Below, piece after piece: positions 39,472-53,534 of a DNA stretch of 64,000 nt. A model generated the notes under the pieces. It did not search any database. It worked only from the letters and a program-made list of their open reading frames with translations, and was not told where the DNA came from. Numbering within the stretch: position 1 is the first letter of the stretch; each line of letters starts with the position of its first letter. The stretch comes from Elusimicrobiota bacterium. Its GTDB lineage: Bacteria > Elusimicrobiota > Elusimicrobia > FEN-1173. Both the position numbers and the translations under genes were made by a program. The stretch spans positions 101,269 through 165,268 of the forward strand of contig JADJZR010000004.1 of NCBI GenBank assembly GCA_016715645.1, in the 5' to 3' direction.

Positions 39472-39501
39472 ATTTTAGCCTAATGGGCGGACCCCTGTCA
39501 A
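39472..39501 (-). promoter_or_regulatory. sigma70-type promoter for rpsP (TTGACA-17-TAAAAT)
   Basis: On the minus strand: ccTTGACAggggtccgcccattaggcTAAAATg. The -35 element is 39496-39501 and the -10 element is 39472-39477. SD ggagaa lies 6 nt before the ATG. Confidence 0.6.
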
Positions 39502-39632
39502 GGCAAATCGCAATAAAAAATGGGCCCGGCCGGGCCCATTCGCAAAAAAATTGACGCCGTCCTTCCTATTTAATAGACTTCGATCCGGGCGACGTGATAT
39601 TCCGATGAATGTGCGTCGCTTCACCTCCACCC

Positions 39633-41270
39633 ATGTCCATCGACAGTCGGTCCCCCACGGGGGCTTTGAATGCCCCCCCGCCCTCCTCAGGCCCGGTCAC
39701 CCAAGGGGAGACACCGACATTTCAAGGGCCCCGGGTTCGGCTGGTTAACGCGTTCAAGACCCCCTACAACAACGCCATCGCGACCGCGCGCACCTGTTAC
39801 TCCCCCACGGTGGTTTTGCCCGAAGACGTGGACAAAGATGAGAAATCACGCCTTCAGCGCGACGCCATCGCCCAGAGCATCTTCAAAGCCGGCCACCATA
39901 CCACGTTACAGCACGCCACCTTTCAATTTATTTTAGAAAACGTTTCGCGCCATTTTATTTGGTCGTTTCTGCACAGCCATCCTTTTTACAACAGTGAACA
40001 GGTCAGCCAACGCTACGTGACGGTCGGACCCGACCGGCTCACGGTTCCCCCGCTTCCCGAGAAACCATTGGCGCTTTACCTAAAAACGGCCCGGGACCTG
40101 ATGGACGCTTACCGTCGATTGACGGATCTATTGATTCCGACCGTTCGATCGGAATACAAAAAGCTGTTTCCCTTGCGCGATCCCGACCAGAAACCTTGGG
40201 CAAAATATGTTCAACGTCGCGCCCAAGAAGTGGCTCGCTACGTTCTCCCCGTGGCCACCCAGGCGCATCTGTATCACACGGTGAGCGGGTTGACGTTGCA
40301 CCGATACCACCGGTTGTGCCAAAGCTTTGATACCCCCTGGGAACAGAAAAGGGTGGTCGACCAAATGATCGCCGAGGTCAGAGTTCTTGATCCCCTGTTT
40401 GTGGATCGGATGGAAGACCCCCTGCCCCTCGATCAAACGCCCGAATATCGCAGCCATCGGGAGTTTCACGGGGAAAAGCCTGTGTCCACCCGGGTGTTTC
40501 TTAAAGAGTTTGACGATCGGCTCAAATGGCGCAGTTCTTGTTTGGTGGACTACAAGGCCCACGGGGAGAAAGTGATGGCTCAGGCCGTTCGATCGGTCAT
40601 GGGGTTGCCCCGGGCGGCGATGTCCGACGATGACGCCTTGGATCGGGTGTTGAACCCCGCCCGCAACCGCTATTTGGGCGAATCCCTTAACCTCACGGCC
40701 CATTCCAAACTGTGCCGCACGATGGCGCACATGCATTTCACATTCGCCAAAAAGATTTCTCATACCGCCGACAGCCAAGACCAGCGCCACCGCATGACAC
40801 CGGCCTCTCGCCCCGTGTTGTCAGGCCATTTCGTGCCGGACTTTCCGGACTACATAACGCCCGTTCTCATTCAGCACAACGCCGAGGCCAAAGAATTTTA
40901 CGACGTCACGTTGACCCAATTGTGGCGGCGGTTGGCCGAGCTCCTGTCTCTGGGCGCGCCGGAAGAATTTGTTCTTTATCTCTTGCCCAACGCCGTCAGC
41001 GTTCGCTTTGAAGAATCGGGCGACTTGATGGGATTTCATCACAAATGGACGAAACGGCTATGTTACACCGCCCAGGAAGAAATTTGGAAGACCAGCCAAG
41101 AAGAAGTGTTGCAGGTTCAGCGGGTGGCTCCCCGTGTGGGACGGTATCTGGGCGCTCCCTGCCAATTGAGGGCGGCGTCGGCCACGCGGCCCTTTTGTCC
41201 GGAAGGAGACCGGTTTTGCGGGGTAGTCGTTTGGAAAAAAAATGTTGACCAATACGCCCGGATCATTTGA
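39633..41270 (+). CDS. thyX: flavin-dependent thymidylate synthase ThyX, long tandem-domain form (~545 aa)
   Basis: N-terminal ARTCYS motif. RHRMTPASRP (RHR-x7-S signature) in the second half. Length implies a duplicated ThyX fold. Confidence 0.7.
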   Translation: MSIDSRSPTGALNAPPPSSGPVTQGETPTFQGPRVRLVNAFKTPYNNAIATARTCYSPTVVLPEDVDKDEKSRLQRDAIAQSIFKAGHHTTLQHATFQFILENVSRHFIWSFLHSHPFYNSEQVSQRYVTVGPDRLTVPPLPEKPLALYLKTARDLMDAYRRLTDLLIPTVRSEYKKLFPLRDPDQKPWAKYVQRRAQEVARYVLPVATQAHLYHTVSGLTLHRYHRLCQSFDTPWEQKRVVDQMIAEVRVLDPLFVDRMEDPLPLDQTPEYRSHREFHGEKPVSTRVFLKEFDDRLKWRSSCLVDYKAHGEKVMAQAVRSVMGLPRAAMSDDDALDRVLNPARNRYLGESLNLTAHSKLCRTMAHMHFTFAKKISHTADSQDQRHRMTPASRPVLSGHFVPDFPDYITPVLIQHNAEAKEFYDVTLTQLWRRLAELLSLGAPEEFVLYLLPNAVSVRFEESGDLMGFHHKWTKRLCYTAQEEIWKTSQEEVLQVQRVAPRVGRYLGAPCQLRAASATRPFCPEGDRFCGVVVWKKNVDQYARII

Positions 41271-41283
41271 GAGATGCTTTTAG

Positions 41284-43724
<2,441 letters not shown>

Positions 43725-43774
43725 TCCAACTAAACAAAGAAAGGGGGTCGCTCCGATGTCGGTGGGAGGGGGAA

Positions 43775-45457
43775 ATGCTGATTCACGAGACATTTCAAAC
43801 CCCAGATGTCGGCATGCGCCGGAACGACGGATTTTGGGCGGGGTCGAACTTAAAAAAATACGGTTTCCTATTTTCACTCCTTGTGATGCCCTTCACCTTT
43901 CACGCGGCCGTTTCGATGGACACGGTGGCTCCTGTCGTGGTTTCGACCTCTGATTTTATGAGCGCGAACATTGTTAGGGATGCTCAGAACAACGTCCATG
44001 TGGTGTTTGTGGACACCACCACCCATATTTTGAAGTATGCAAAACTTTCCAACGGGACCACGACTTGGGCCCTTTCCGATGTGACGGATAAAAAAACGGC
44101 CCCCCAAAGCGATTTGGCCATCAGCCCCGGCGGAGTTCTCCACGCGGTCTATTACCAAACCGATTCCCCGGCGGGAGTCAAGCATGCGCGGTTGGCTGGG
44201 GCCGCCTGGAGCACGAACACGGTTGAGGATTTTGTGAGCACGGCCACGTTTGTTTCCATCGCTGTGGGATCCGACAACGATCCGCGGGTGGTTTACAGTC
44301 AAACCGTCGATTCCAGAACCCGGTATGGGGAATGGTCCGGGAATGTTTGGGTCACCACCGATGTGTTTGATTTCGATTTTGTGGGGGGTCCGTTGGCGTT
44401 GGCTTTGGACACGGACAACACCCCCCATGGGCTGAGCGTGGGGGACTTGTTCGGAACGCGGTATGTGGTTTTCTTTAAAAAGGAGCAAGGGGGGATGTTC
44501 CTCGCCGACGTTCTCGGGTGGAGCGTGGACCCGATTGTGGAAACTCAAAAAATGGGTCTTGCGGTGGATCGGCAGGGAAAGGCGCACATGTCTTTTTTTG
44601 ATGAGAACGAGGGGGGGCTCGTTTACGCCCTCTTCGACGGGGCGCACGTTTCATCCTCGACTTTGGACGTTTCACCGGGGGCCGGGGTTCATTCTGATAT
44701 CGCCGTCAATTCGCAAAATTTCCCCATGATTGTCTATCTGTCCGCGGGGATTGGAGTGCGGGCGGCGGTGTTTGGGGGAGCCTCGTGGTCATTGTCGACG
44801 TTAGAGGCCGGCGCGCGAAACGGCGTGGGGCCGAGCGTCGTGTTTAATCGATACAACCATTTTCTCACGTCTTATCTGAACGGAGACTCTCATGAACTGA
44901 AATTCTTAACGGACGCCCCCCGGGACTTGTCGATTTCGGGCACCGTGCTTGACTTCGGGGGATCTCCCATTCCAGGCGCCTCTGTGACTCTTTCGGGGGG
45001 GATCGCTTCGTCTGTGTTGACGGTCTCCGAGATCAACGGCGGGTATGCGGCAGAGCATTTGTTCGAGGGGTCTTACACCCTCACTCCGGCAAAGGGGGGC
45101 TATGTCTTTCAGCCCACCGCCCGATCTTTTTCTCCTTTGCGAGAGTCCCAGTCACTCCAGAATTTTCAAGGCGGGCCCGTGAGTTTTTCTCCTCAAGGCA
45201 ACCTCTTTAATCCGGCGGCTGGGGAACAGGTGACTTTCAACTATTCTGTCGTCCCTGGCCATGTGTCGCTTAAAATCTATAGTCTCAAGGGAACGCCAGT
45301 GCGAACATTGGTGGATCAAGACGAACCCGCGGGGACATATTCGGTTCACTGGGATGGCCGTGACGCGGACGGACACACGGTCGCCAGCGGAATCTATCTC
45401 GTCTATTTCGAGGCCGACCAAACCCAAAGCACCACTAAAGTCGTGGTGGTGAAATGA
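43775..45457 (+). CDS. secreted protein with carboxypeptidase-regulatory-like domain and T9SS-type C-terminal sorting (FlgD Ig-like) domain
   Basis: Signal-peptide-like KKYGFLFSLLVMPFTFHAAVS. C-terminus FNPAAGEQVTFNY...YSVHWDGRDADGHTVASGIYLVYFEA...KVVVVK. Start uncertain (43721/43775/43814). Confidence 0.6.
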   Translation: MLIHETFQTPDVGMRRNDGFWAGSNLKKYGFLFSLLVMPFTFHAAVSMDTVAPVVVSTSDFMSANIVRDAQNNVHVVFVDTTTHILKYAKLSNGTTTWALSDVTDKKTAPQSDLAISPGGVLHAVYYQTDSPAGVKHARLAGAAWSTNTVEDFVSTATFVSIAVGSDNDPRVVYSQTVDSRTRYGEWSGNVWVTTDVFDFDFVGGPLALALDTDNTPHGLSVGDLFGTRYVVFFKKEQGGMFLADVLGWSVDPIVETQKMGLAVDRQGKAHMSFFDENEGGLVYALFDGAHVSSSTLDVSPGAGVHSDIAVNSQNFPMIVYLSAGIGVRAAVFGGASWSLSTLEAGARNGVGPSVVFNRYNHFLTSYLNGDSHELKFLTDAPRDLSISGTVLDFGGSPIPGASVTLSGGIASSVLTVSEINGGYAAEHLFEGSYTLTPAKGGYVFQPTARSFSPLRESQSLQNFQGGPVSFSPQGNLFNPAAGEQVTFNYSVVPGHVSLKIYSLKGTPVRTLVDQDEPAGTYSVHWDGRDADGHTVASGIYLVYFEADQTQSTTKVVVVK

Positions 45458-46557
45458 TCATTGCCCAAAAGAGGCAAATTCCCCCGCGCCCCGCGTCAGC
45501 GCCTCTGGCGCCCCAGGCGCACGTCGCTCTGCGACGGCCCCTAACACTGAGAGAAGGGCTTTTGGGGGAAGGGGGGATTTGGAATACGTCGTCAGTGGGA
45601 AAATTTGCCCTCGCTTTGATCGTTCTTGTTTTCTTACTCGATTTATCCGCTTGGGCCATCGACCCTAGGACGGGCGGGACGACTCTGTTGGAAACTCTCG
45701 ACGCTCGCGCCGCCGCCCTGGGACAGGCGGGAACCACGCTCACGGGGGATTTGGCCGGGGCCTCGTTTAACCCAGCCGTTTATCCGACTTTGGAAAACCC
45801 CCAGCTGGAAACCCAATTTCAAGTGGCGCCGGGGGATGTGCATACCGCGTTGTTGGCGTACGGAAGGGGTGGGCCCCGGTTGGGTTGGGGTGCCGCTTTG
45901 GTCGTGTTGGACGCGGGCACGGTGGAGACCTCTTCAGTGGGAGGGGCTCCCTCAACGGTGCGGGCCCAACAGGACATTGTGGGCACTTTGTCGGCGGGCG
46001 TGGCGCCAACGTCTTGGTTGAAAGTCGGGGGCACGGTGAAAGGGTTGCAGTCCAAGTTGGCCGAGGAATATTCCGCGTCCACTGTGGCCGCTGATGTCGG
46101 GTTATTAATTGACTTGCCGTTGCCGGGGTTGCGGTTGGGCGGTGCGGTCCAGAACATGGGCCCCGATCTGACGTTTCGGTCGGAGGGCGATCCGTTGCCT
46201 TTGTTTTACCGTGTGGGTTTGTCCCACATCTGGACAATTGGCGGGGAAGACGACTTATCCCCCATAAAACCAACGGCATGGTATGCACGCGACGAGAGAC
46301 CTGCCTCTGTGCTTTGGGTGGGTGCTGACGCGGTGTTTGATCGATGGGGGGAATGTTCGGGCCATTTGGGACTGGAATGGGACTACAATCGCTTGGCGAT
46401 CCTGCGGTTGGGAGGAATTGTGGGTGAAGACGGTTTGGGCCCGACGGGCGGCATTGGATTTTGGATCAACAAATGGCGGTTTGATTACGCCATCCAGTTG
46501 GTGGACGAATTAACGGATCGACACCGTGTCACGGTGTCTTACTTTTGGAGAGATTAA
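45454..46557 (+). CDS. putative outer-membrane beta-barrel protein (PorV/PorQ/UPF0164-like)
   Basis: Hydrophobic signal segment KFALALIVLVFLLDLSAWA. Alternating beta-strand pattern. Ends in aromatic ...YFWRD. Start uncertain. Confidence 0.45.
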   Translation: MIIAQKRQIPPRPASAPLAPQAHVALRRPLTLREGLLGEGGIWNTSSVGKFALALIVLVFLLDLSAWAIDPRTGGTTLLETLDARAAALGQAGTTLTGDLAGASFNPAVYPTLENPQLETQFQVAPGDVHTALLAYGRGGPRLGWGAALVVLDAGTVETSSVGGAPSTVRAQQDIVGTLSAGVAPTSWLKVGGTVKGLQSKLAEEYSASTVAADVGLLIDLPLPGLRLGGAVQNMGPDLTFRSEGDPLPLFYRVGLSHIWTIGGEDDLSPIKPTAWYARDERPASVLWVGADAVFDRWGECSGHLGLEWDYNRLAILRLGGIVGEDGLGPTGGIGFWINKWRFDYAIQLVDELTDRHRVTVSYFWRD

Positions 46558-49500
46558 ATGCCTAAACGAACAGACATAGAAACCATTTTGATCATTGGGT
46601 CGGGGCCCATCGTGATCGGCCAGGCCTGCGAATTCGACTATTCCGGCGCTCAGGCGGTGAAAGCCCTGAAGAAAGAAGGGTACCGTGTTGTACTGATCAA
46701 TTCCAACCCGGCCACGATCATGACCGATCCCGAGTTCGCCCACGCCACCTACGTGGAACCGTTGATCCCGTCCATGGTCGAGCGCATCATCGAAAAAGAA
46801 CGGCCCCAGGTGATTCTGCCCACCTTGGGCGGTCAAACGGCGTTGAATCTCGCCGTGGCGTTGCACGAACGGGGAAGCCTGGCGAAATACAACGTTGAGC
46901 TTATCGGCGCCAAGGTGGAGGCGATCAAACGGGCGGAAGACCGGGAACTGTTCAAGAAAACCATGCTGGGCATTGGGCTCAGCGTACCCCGAAGCGGAGT
47001 GGCGCGCACCATTTCCGAAGCCGAACGGATCGCTGAAGAGATCGGGTTTCCGCTCATTATCCGGGCGTCGTTCACGTTAGGGGGGATCGGGTCCGCCATC
47101 GTGTATACGCGGGAAGACTTTTTGGCCGCCGCCCGCCGGGGATTGGACGCTAGCCCCATTCATGAAATATTGCTGGAACAGAGCGTGATCGGCTGGAAAG
47201 AATATGAGCTGGAAGTCATGCGTGACCGGGCCGACCAGTGCGTGGTGATTTGTTCCATTGAAAATGTGGACCCCATGGGGGTTCATACCGGCGATTCCAT
47301 CACCGTGGCGCCGGCGCAAACGTTGTCGGACCCGGACTATCAAATCTTGCGCGACCAGTCCTTCGCCTGCATCCGGGCGATTGGCGTTGAAACGGGAGGG
47401 TCCAACGTCCAGTTTGCCGTGGACCCAAAAACGGGCCATGCCTCCATTATTGAAATGAACCCCCGGGTGTCGCGCTCTTCCGCCCTGGCGTCCAAGGCCA
47501 CAGGGTTCCCGATCGCCAAAATGGCCGCGCTCCTGGCCGTGGGGTACAGGCTGGACGAAATTCCCAATGACATCACGAAAAAAACACCCGCCTGCTTTGA
47601 GCCGGTGATCGATTATGTGGTCACCAAAATCCCCAGATTTGCTTTTGAAAAGTTCACCGAGGCCGATCAAACCTTGAACACCAGCATGAAATCCGTCGGC
47701 GAGGTCATGGCCATTGGGCGCACGTTCCGCGAATCCCTTCAAAAGGCTTTGCGGGGGTTGGAAATCGGCCGGGCGGGGCTTGGGGCCGACGGGAAAGTCC
47801 TCGTGCCGAAAGTGGACGACCTTGTTCGGCGCGGCGCTGGTCCCGAGGATGTTGAAAAGCGAAAAATGATGGAGGAGGTGGAGCATAAACTCCGCGTCCC
47901 TAACTGCGATCGGATTTTCCACATCAAATACGCTTTCCAATTAGGGTTGACGACAGACGACATTTGCCGGCTCTCGTTGATCGATCCTTGGTTCGTCCAC
48001 CAAATCGGGATGATCTGGGATTTGGAAAAAGAAATCCGCGCCGCCGGGAAAAAGATGGATGTGCCTCTTCTTCGGCGGGCGAAACGGGACGGGTTTTCAG
48101 ACGTCCAGCTCGCTTACCTGACGGGCCTGACCGCCGAAGCGGTCGCAACCATGCGGAAAGAACACGTGCCGGTGACTTTTAAGAGGGTGGACACCTGCGC
48201 GGCCGAATTTCCCGCCGACACGCCGTATTTTTATTCCACGTATGAAGAGGAGGACGAATCCCTCCCTTTGTCAAAGAAAGAGCGGGTGATCGTTCTGGGC
48301 GGCGGGCCCAACCGTATTGGCCAAGGCATCGAGTTCGATTACTGTTGCGTTCACGCGGCCTGGGCCATCAAAGAGTGCGGTTACGAAGCCATCATGGTCA
48401 ATTGCAACCCCGAAACGGTTTCGACGGACTACGACACCTCCGATCAACTTTTCTTTGAGCCGTTGACCCTGGAAGACGTGGTGAACGTCGTCGAACGGAC
48501 TGGCGCAAAAGGGGTCATTCCCCAATTCGGCGGTCAAACGCCGCTGAATTTGGCCAAACCTCTTTTGAAGGCGGGGGTTCGGATTTTGGGCACGTCGGCG
48601 GATTCCATCGATATCGCCGAGGATCGGGAACGGTTTGGCGCTCTTTTAAAGAAACTGAACATCCCGCACCCGGCCAACGGCACCGCCCGGAATTTCAAAG
48701 AAGCGGAAGAAGCCGCCGATCGGGTGGGGTATCCCGTCATGGTCCGGCCCTCCTATGTGCTCGGCGGACGCGCCATGGAAGTGGTGTTTGACAAGGTCCA
48801 GCTGGCCGATTATATGCGGCGGGCGTTGGAGTCACACGCCGGGTTGCCGATTCTCTTGGACCGGTTCTTGGAAGACGCGAAAGAAGTGGACGTGGACGCT
48901 GTCTGCGATGGAAAAGACGTGTTCATCGCCGGCATTATGGAACACATTGAAGAGGCCGGCATTCATTCCGGGGATTCGGCGTGTGTTCTGCCGCCCCACA
49001 GCCTTGAACCCAAAGTGATGGAAGATTTGTCGCGTTACACCACGGAAATGGCGTTGGCCCTGGAAGTGAAGGGGTTGATCAATATCCAATATGCCGTGCA
49101 AAACGGCACGGTGTATGTGTTGGAGGCCAACCCCCGGGCCAGCCGGACGGTGCCGTTTGTCTCGAAGGCCACGGGCGTGCCGCTGGCCAAAGTGGCCGCG
49201 ATGGTGATGGTGGGGAAATCATTGAAGGACGTTCTCGCGCCATGGCAAAAAGTGATCGCTCAAAAAAAGCCCTGGTTTTCCGTCAAGGAAGTGGTGTTCC
49301 CTTGGTTGCGGTTCCCCGAAGTGGACGTGGTGCTGGGCCCCGAAATGCGGTCCACGGGGGAAGTCATGGGGATCGATGTGGATTACGGCACGGCTTTCGG
49401 GAAATCCCAAGCGGCCGCCGGCGGCGCTTTGCCGAAGAAGGGGACGATTCTGTTCAGCCTGCGGGTTCGGGATCGGGCCCAAGCGCTTCCGATCGCCAGG

Positions 49501-49842
49501 GCGTTTGAAAAAATGGGCTACGGTTTAATGGGCACCGAGGGAACGGCGGCTTACTTACGGGAAAATGGGCTGAACATACAGTCGGTCAAGAAAATCGCCG
49601 AAGGCCGCCCGAACGTGTTGGACGTCATTAAAAACCGCGAAGTGGTCTTGGTGTTGAACACCCCCGAAGGCCACCGCTCAAGGTCCGATGGGTTCCACAT
49701 TCGCCGCACCGCTCTTCTTTCCAATGTTCCTATCATCACCACCCACGCCGCCGCCCGGGCGGTGGTGGAAGGGCTCCAACAATCCCGGGAACGCCGCTGG
49801 GAAGCGCGCTCCCTCCAAGACGTCTACACATTAGGCGTGTGA
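46558..49842 (+). CDS. carB: carbamoyl-phosphate synthase large subunit
   Basis: 1094-aa intact ORF. Two ATP-grasp halves. Confidence 0.95.
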   Translation: MPKRTDIETILIIGSGPIVIGQACEFDYSGAQAVKALKKEGYRVVLINSNPATIMTDPEFAHATYVEPLIPSMVERIIEKERPQVILPTLGGQTALNLAVALHERGSLAKYNVELIGAKVEAIKRAEDRELFKKTMLGIGLSVPRSGVARTISEAERIAEEIGFPLIIRASFTLGGIGSAIVYTREDFLAAARRGLDASPIHEILLEQSVIGWKEYELEVMRDRADQCVVICSIENVDPMGVHTGDSITVAPAQTLSDPDYQILRDQSFACIRAIGVETGGSNVQFAVDPKTGHASIIEMNPRVSRSSALASKATGFPIAKMAALLAVGYRLDEIPNDITKKTPACFEPVIDYVVTKIPRFAFEKFTEADQTLNTSMKSVGEVMAIGRTFRESLQKALRGLEIGRAGLGADGKVLVPKVDDLVRRGAGPEDVEKRKMMEEVEHKLRVPNCDRIFHIKYAFQLGLTTDDICRLSLIDPWFVHQIGMIWDLEKEIRAAGKKMDVPLLRRAKRDGFSDVQLAYLTGLTAEAVATMRKEHVPVTFKRVDTCAAEFPADTPYFYSTYEEEDESLPLSKKERVIVLGGGPNRIGQGIEFDYCCVHAAWAIKECGYEAIMVNCNPETVSTDYDTSDQLFFEPLTLEDVVNVVERTGAKGVIPQFGGQTPLNLAKPLLKAGVRILGTSADSIDIAEDRERFGALLKKLNIPHPANGTARNFKEAEEAADRVGYPVMVRPSYVLGGRAMEVVFDKVQLADYMRRALESHAGLPILLDRFLEDAKEVDVDAVCDGKDVFIAGIMEHIEEAGIHSGDSACVLPPHSLEPKVMEDLSRYTTEMALALEVKGLINIQYAVQNGTVYVLEANPRASRTVPFVSKATGVPLAKVAAMVMVGKSLKDVLAPWQKVIAQKKPWFSVKEVVFPWLRFPEVDVVLGPEMRSTGEVMGIDVDYGTAFGKSQAAAGGALPKKGTILFSLRVRDRAQALPIARAFEKMGYGLMGTEGTAAYLRENGLNIQSVKKIAEGRPNVLDVIKNREVVLVLNTPEGHRSRSDGFHIRRTALLSNVPIITTHAAARAVVEGLQQSRERRWEARSLQDVYTLGV

Positions 49843-50639
49843 TGAGGCAGAGCCTGTCTATAACCGAGGCGGATGAGGCGATCGGCGAGGGAGGGGAAGA
49901 GAGTCGCAATCCAAATTTCTGGGCGATTCCACCAAGGGACATGAATTTCCTTGTGTTTCCATTTAACGGCTTTTCCTATGGCTCGTGCGACCCGTTCAGC
50001 GGATACGCGGGACCGTTCGTGGCTGGGGTACCCGGGGGGCAATCGAGACCGGTCTAGGTTCGCCGGCATTTCGGTTTCTGTTCCGCCGGGGAGAACCAAG
50101 CTCATGGTGATCCCTTTTGGTCTGAGTTCCATTCTTAATCCTTCGGTCAGACCCAAAAGGGCAAACTTGCTGGCGGCATAGGCCGCCATGAACGGTAACC
50201 CTCGCCGGCTGACTCCGGACCCCACTTGAACAATGTGGCCGCTCCCCTGCTTTTCCATGAAAGGGATCGCGGCTCGGACGGTTTCGATCGTTGCCCAAAA
50301 GTTGGTTTCGAAAAGTTCCCGCATCTCGCTTACCGGTATTGCCATGAACGGCGCCATGCGCAGGATCCCGGCGTTGTTGACCAGCACATCCAACCGTCCA
50401 AAATGGGCAAAGGTTTTTTCCACCACAGCCCGCGCCTGGTCCGGCTGAGAAATGTCCGCCTCAATCACCAGGGGACATTCGTCCCCTTTTCTACAAAGCT
50501 TGTTTGCCAGTGTGTCTAGGCGGGGTTTTCGGCGGGCTGTCAACGCCAGTGACCAACCGCGGGCGGATAAAAGTTTGGCTGTCTCCCAGCCGATTCCGGA
50601 CGAGGCGCCGGTGATGAGGGTGACTTTTTTAGGAATCAT
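49824..50639 (-). CDS. SDR-family oxidoreductase
   Basis: TGASSGIG Rossmann motif. YAASK catalytic motif. Start at [11 protein letters not shown]. Confidence 0.8.
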   Translation of the reverse strand: MIPKKVTLITGASSGIGWETAKLLSARGWSLALTARRKPRLDTLANKLCRKGDECPLVIEADISQPDQARAVVEKTFAHFGRLDVLVNNAGILRMAPFMAIPVSEMRELFETNFWATIETVRAAIPFMEKQGSGHIVQVGSGVSRRGLPFMAAYAASKFALLGLTEGLRMELRPKGITMSLVLPGGTETEMPANLDRSRLPPGYPSHERSRVSAERVARAIGKAVKWKHKEIHVPWWNRPEIWIATLFPSLADRLIRLGYRQALPHHTPNV

Positions 50640-52305
50640 AGGGCCTGAACCGGTTGGTGATGGGCATTCGCCGGTCTCGGCCAAAGGCGCGCGGGGTGAT
50701 CTTAACACCCAAGGGCGCCTGGCGACGCTTGTATTCCATGGCATCGATGGTTCGCAACGTTTTGGCCGCCACCTCGGGTTCGATGCCCTCTTTGACTATT
50801 TCCGCCAACCCGTGGTTTTCGCCCACGTGATGGGCGATGATGGCGTCCAACACGTCGTAGGGGGGCAGGGTGTCTTGGTCTTTTTGGTGCGGCCGCAGTT
50901 CCGCCGATGGGGCTCGGGTGATAATGCTTTCGGGGATGAGAGGATCCTTTTCTTGGCTGTTTCGCCAACGGGCCAGCTCGTACACCATGGTTTTCGGCAC
51001 GTCTTTGATGACCGCAAACCCGCCCACGGAATCACCGTACAGCGTAAAATACCCCGCGGAAATTTCGGATTTGTTCCCGGTCGTTAGAACCAACCAGCCA
51101 AACTTGTTGGACAACGCCATCAGCAACGTGCCGCGCACCCGCGATTGAAGATTTTCTTCCGTTACGTCCGCCGCCCGCCCGACGAACAGGGGAGCGAGCG
51201 TTTTAATAAAAGCCTGAACCGTCTGTTCGATGTCCACCGTCAAAAAATCAACGCCCAACCGCGTGGCCATCTTTTCGGCGTCGCTTTTGGTCTCGGAAGA
51301 ATTGAAGCGCGAGGGCATCGACACCCCCACCACGTTTTCTTTCCCCAGCGCGTCCACCGCCAGGGCGGCCACCAGGGCGGAATCGATTCCTCCGGAAATG
51401 CCGATAACAACTTTGTTAAAACCATTCTTACGCACGTAATCTTTTGTCCCCATCAGGAGCGCCGAATAAATTTCCCGGGTCCAATCCAGGGGCGGCGCAA
51501 TGGTCGGGGCGATCGTCGATCGTTCGGTTTTGGTGATGGGAATTGAAATGTCCGCGGCCCGGCCCCGCGCGTTCGGCAATTCCAGGTCGGTGACCAATAG
51601 ATTTTCTTCAAAAGACGGCGCAAGGGCCAGCGTGTTGCCCCGTTTGTCCATCACCAAACTTCCGCCGTCGTAGACCAGTTCGTCTTGGCCGCCCACCATG
51701 TTGCAGTAGGCGATGGCCGTGCCGCACTCCATCGCCTTTTTTCGCAGGACGTTAAGCCGTTCTTTGAGTTTGCCCGCGTGGTAAGGGCTGGCCGACAGGT
51801 TGAGCAACAAAGACGCGCCCGCTTCGGCCGCCGCCAAGCCCGGCCCTTTCGGCCGCCAGACATCTTCGCAAATGGTTAAACCCACCCGCACCGATCCCAA
51901 ATCCAAAAGGCCGGGTTTTTCTCCTTCCTGAAAATAGCGTTGCTCGTCGAACACACCGTAATTAGGCAAAAACCATTTGTTGTATCGGGCCCGCAACTTG
52001 CCGTTGTGCATCACAAACGCGCTGTTGTGCAACATCCCTTTTTTCCCCGCGGGGGTGCCCACCACGACCGCCAAACCCTTGGGAATGGATTTCAGGAGAC
52101 GGCGCACCGTGCCATCGGTTTTGGCTAAAAAAAGAGGTTCGAACAACAGGTCTTCCGGCGGGTATCCGGTGAGAGCCATTTCAGGAAACAACACAACGTC
52201 GGCCTCGGCCTTTTTGGCTCGCCGACTGAATTCCACAATCCGTTGGGCGTTGCCAGCCAGGTCCCCGACTGTGGGGTTGATTTGAGCCAGGGCGATCCGA
52301 AGCAT
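50629..52305 (-). CDS. nadE: glutamine-dependent NAD+ synthetase
   Basis: N-terminal nitrilase-like domain (MLRIALAQINP). C-terminal PP-loop GISGGIDS. 558 aa. Confidence 0.9.
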   Translation of the reverse strand: MLRIALAQINPTVGDLAGNAQRIVEFSRRAKKAEADVVLFPEMALTGYPPEDLLFEPLFLAKTDGTVRRLLKSIPKGLAVVVGTPAGKKGMLHNSAFVMHNGKLRARYNKWFLPNYGVFDEQRYFQEGEKPGLLDLGSVRVGLTICEDVWRPKGPGLAAAEAGASLLLNLSASPYHAGKLKERLNVLRKKAMECGTAIAYCNMVGGQDELVYDGGSLVMDKRGNTLALAPSFEENLLVTDLELPNARGRAADISIPITKTERSTIAPTIAPPLDWTREIYSALLMGTKDYVRKNGFNKVVIGISGGIDSALVAALAVDALGKENVVGVSMPSRFNSSETKSDAEKMATRLGVDFLTVDIEQTVQAFIKTLAPLFVGRAADVTEENLQSRVRGTLLMALSNKFGWLVLTTGNKSEISAGYFTLYGDSVGGFAVIKDVPKTMVYELARWRNSQEKDPLIPESIITRAPSAELRPHQKDQDTLPPYDVLDAIIAHHVGENHGLAEIVKEGIEPEVAAKTLRTIDAMEYKRRQAPLGVKITPRAFGRDRRMPITNRFRPYDS

Positions 52306-53534
52306 CACCGCGATTGACCCAAATCTTCGGCGAGCAAAATGGCTTCCGCGATTTCTTTCATGGACTTGCGCCGATCCATACTCTGTTTTTGGATTTCCCG
52401 AAACGCGTCCGGTTCGGACAGGCCCCGTTTTTTCATGAGCGCGCCTTTGGCCCGTTCCACCAGCTTTCGCGTTTCCAGCGCTTCCTGGGCCGTCAACTTT
52501 TCTTGAAGAAGCCGCGTCTGCATGATCGCCGAGGCGCATTGGTTGGCCACCGCCTGCAAAACGGAAATGTCTTCTTTCGAAAAATCGTATTCCTGGGCGG
52601 AATAAGTGTTGATGACGCCCAACGCCTTGTCTTTGAACAGCATGGGCAACGACAGCAACGACACGAGTCCCTCGGACACGGCGATGTCGGGATAGGAAAA
52701 CCGTTTGTCTTTTCGCACGTCGGCCACCACGATGGGTTTCTTTTCCAGCACCGCTCGGCCCGAGAGGCTTTGATCCACGCGCACCGGCGGTTTGTTGCGG
52801 TACGCGTCTGACAACGATTGGGTGGCGGCGATGCGAAGCTGGCGCGACTCTTCGTCCAACAGCATCACGGAACAAATTTTGGATCCCAGCAGCGACGCCG
52901 TCATGGCCACGATGAGTTGCAGGATTTCGTCCATGAACCGGTCGGAGGTCACCGTGCGGCTGACCGCCGAGAGTGTCTGGATGGCGTCGGCTTTACGGCG
53001 GGTTTCTTCATACAACCGGGCGTTTTCAATGGCCCCGCTCACCTGCCGCGCGATGGTGGTGAGAAGTTTCAAGGCCCGTTCGCTGTAAGCGTACGGTTTT
53101 TTGTGTTGAACGTTGATGACGCCGACAACGCCGTCTTTCACCAGCAGGGGCACCGAAAGAAACGCTTCGAACTTGTCTTCGGGCAGGTTGTGGAAAAACT
53201 TGAACCGGTGATCTTCGTGGGCTTTTTCAGAAATGGCCAAGGGCTTTTTGTGTTCCGCCACCCAGCCGGTTAATCCTTCCCCCATCTTGAGCCGCAACTG
53301 GTCGATTTCTCCGGGATGAGGCGGCTTTGACGCCGATAAAACCAAACTGCGGTGCGCGGGCTCATGCAAGTAAATAAAACACGCATCGGCTTTGGTGAGT
53401 CCGCTGACCAACGCCACAATTTCCTGAAGGATGGTCCGCAGGTCCAACGTGGACCCGATGATATCGGTAATGCGGTGCAACAGGTCCAGTTCTTCGGACG
53501 AGGACAAAACGCGGGTGGTTTTGGGACGGGGCAT
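52305..53534 (-). CDS. GAF-GAF-ANTAR RNA-binding antitermination regulator
   Basis: Two GAF domains. C-terminal ANTAR (LETRKLVERAKGALMKKRGLSEPDAFREIQKQSMDRRKSMKEIAEAIL). Confidence 0.75.
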   Translation of the reverse strand: MPRPKTTRVLSSSEELDLLHRITDIIGSTLDLRTILQEIVALVSGLTKADACFIYLHEPAHRSLVLSASKPPHPGEIDQLRLKMGEGLTGWVAEHKKPLAISEKAHEDHRFKFFHNLPEDKFEAFLSVPLLVKDGVVGVINVQHKKPYAYSERALKLLTTIARQVSGAIENARLYEETRRKADAIQTLSAVSRTVTSDRFMDEILQLIVAMTASLLGSKICSVMLLDEESRQLRIAATQSLSDAYRNKPPVRVDQSLSGRAVLEKKPIVVADVRKDKRFSYPDIAVSEGLVSLLSLPMLFKDKALGVINTYSAQEYDFSKEDISVLQAVANQCASAIMQTRLLQEKLTAQEALETRKLVERAKGALMKKRGLSEPDAFREIQKQSMDRRKSMKEIAEAILLAEDLGQSR

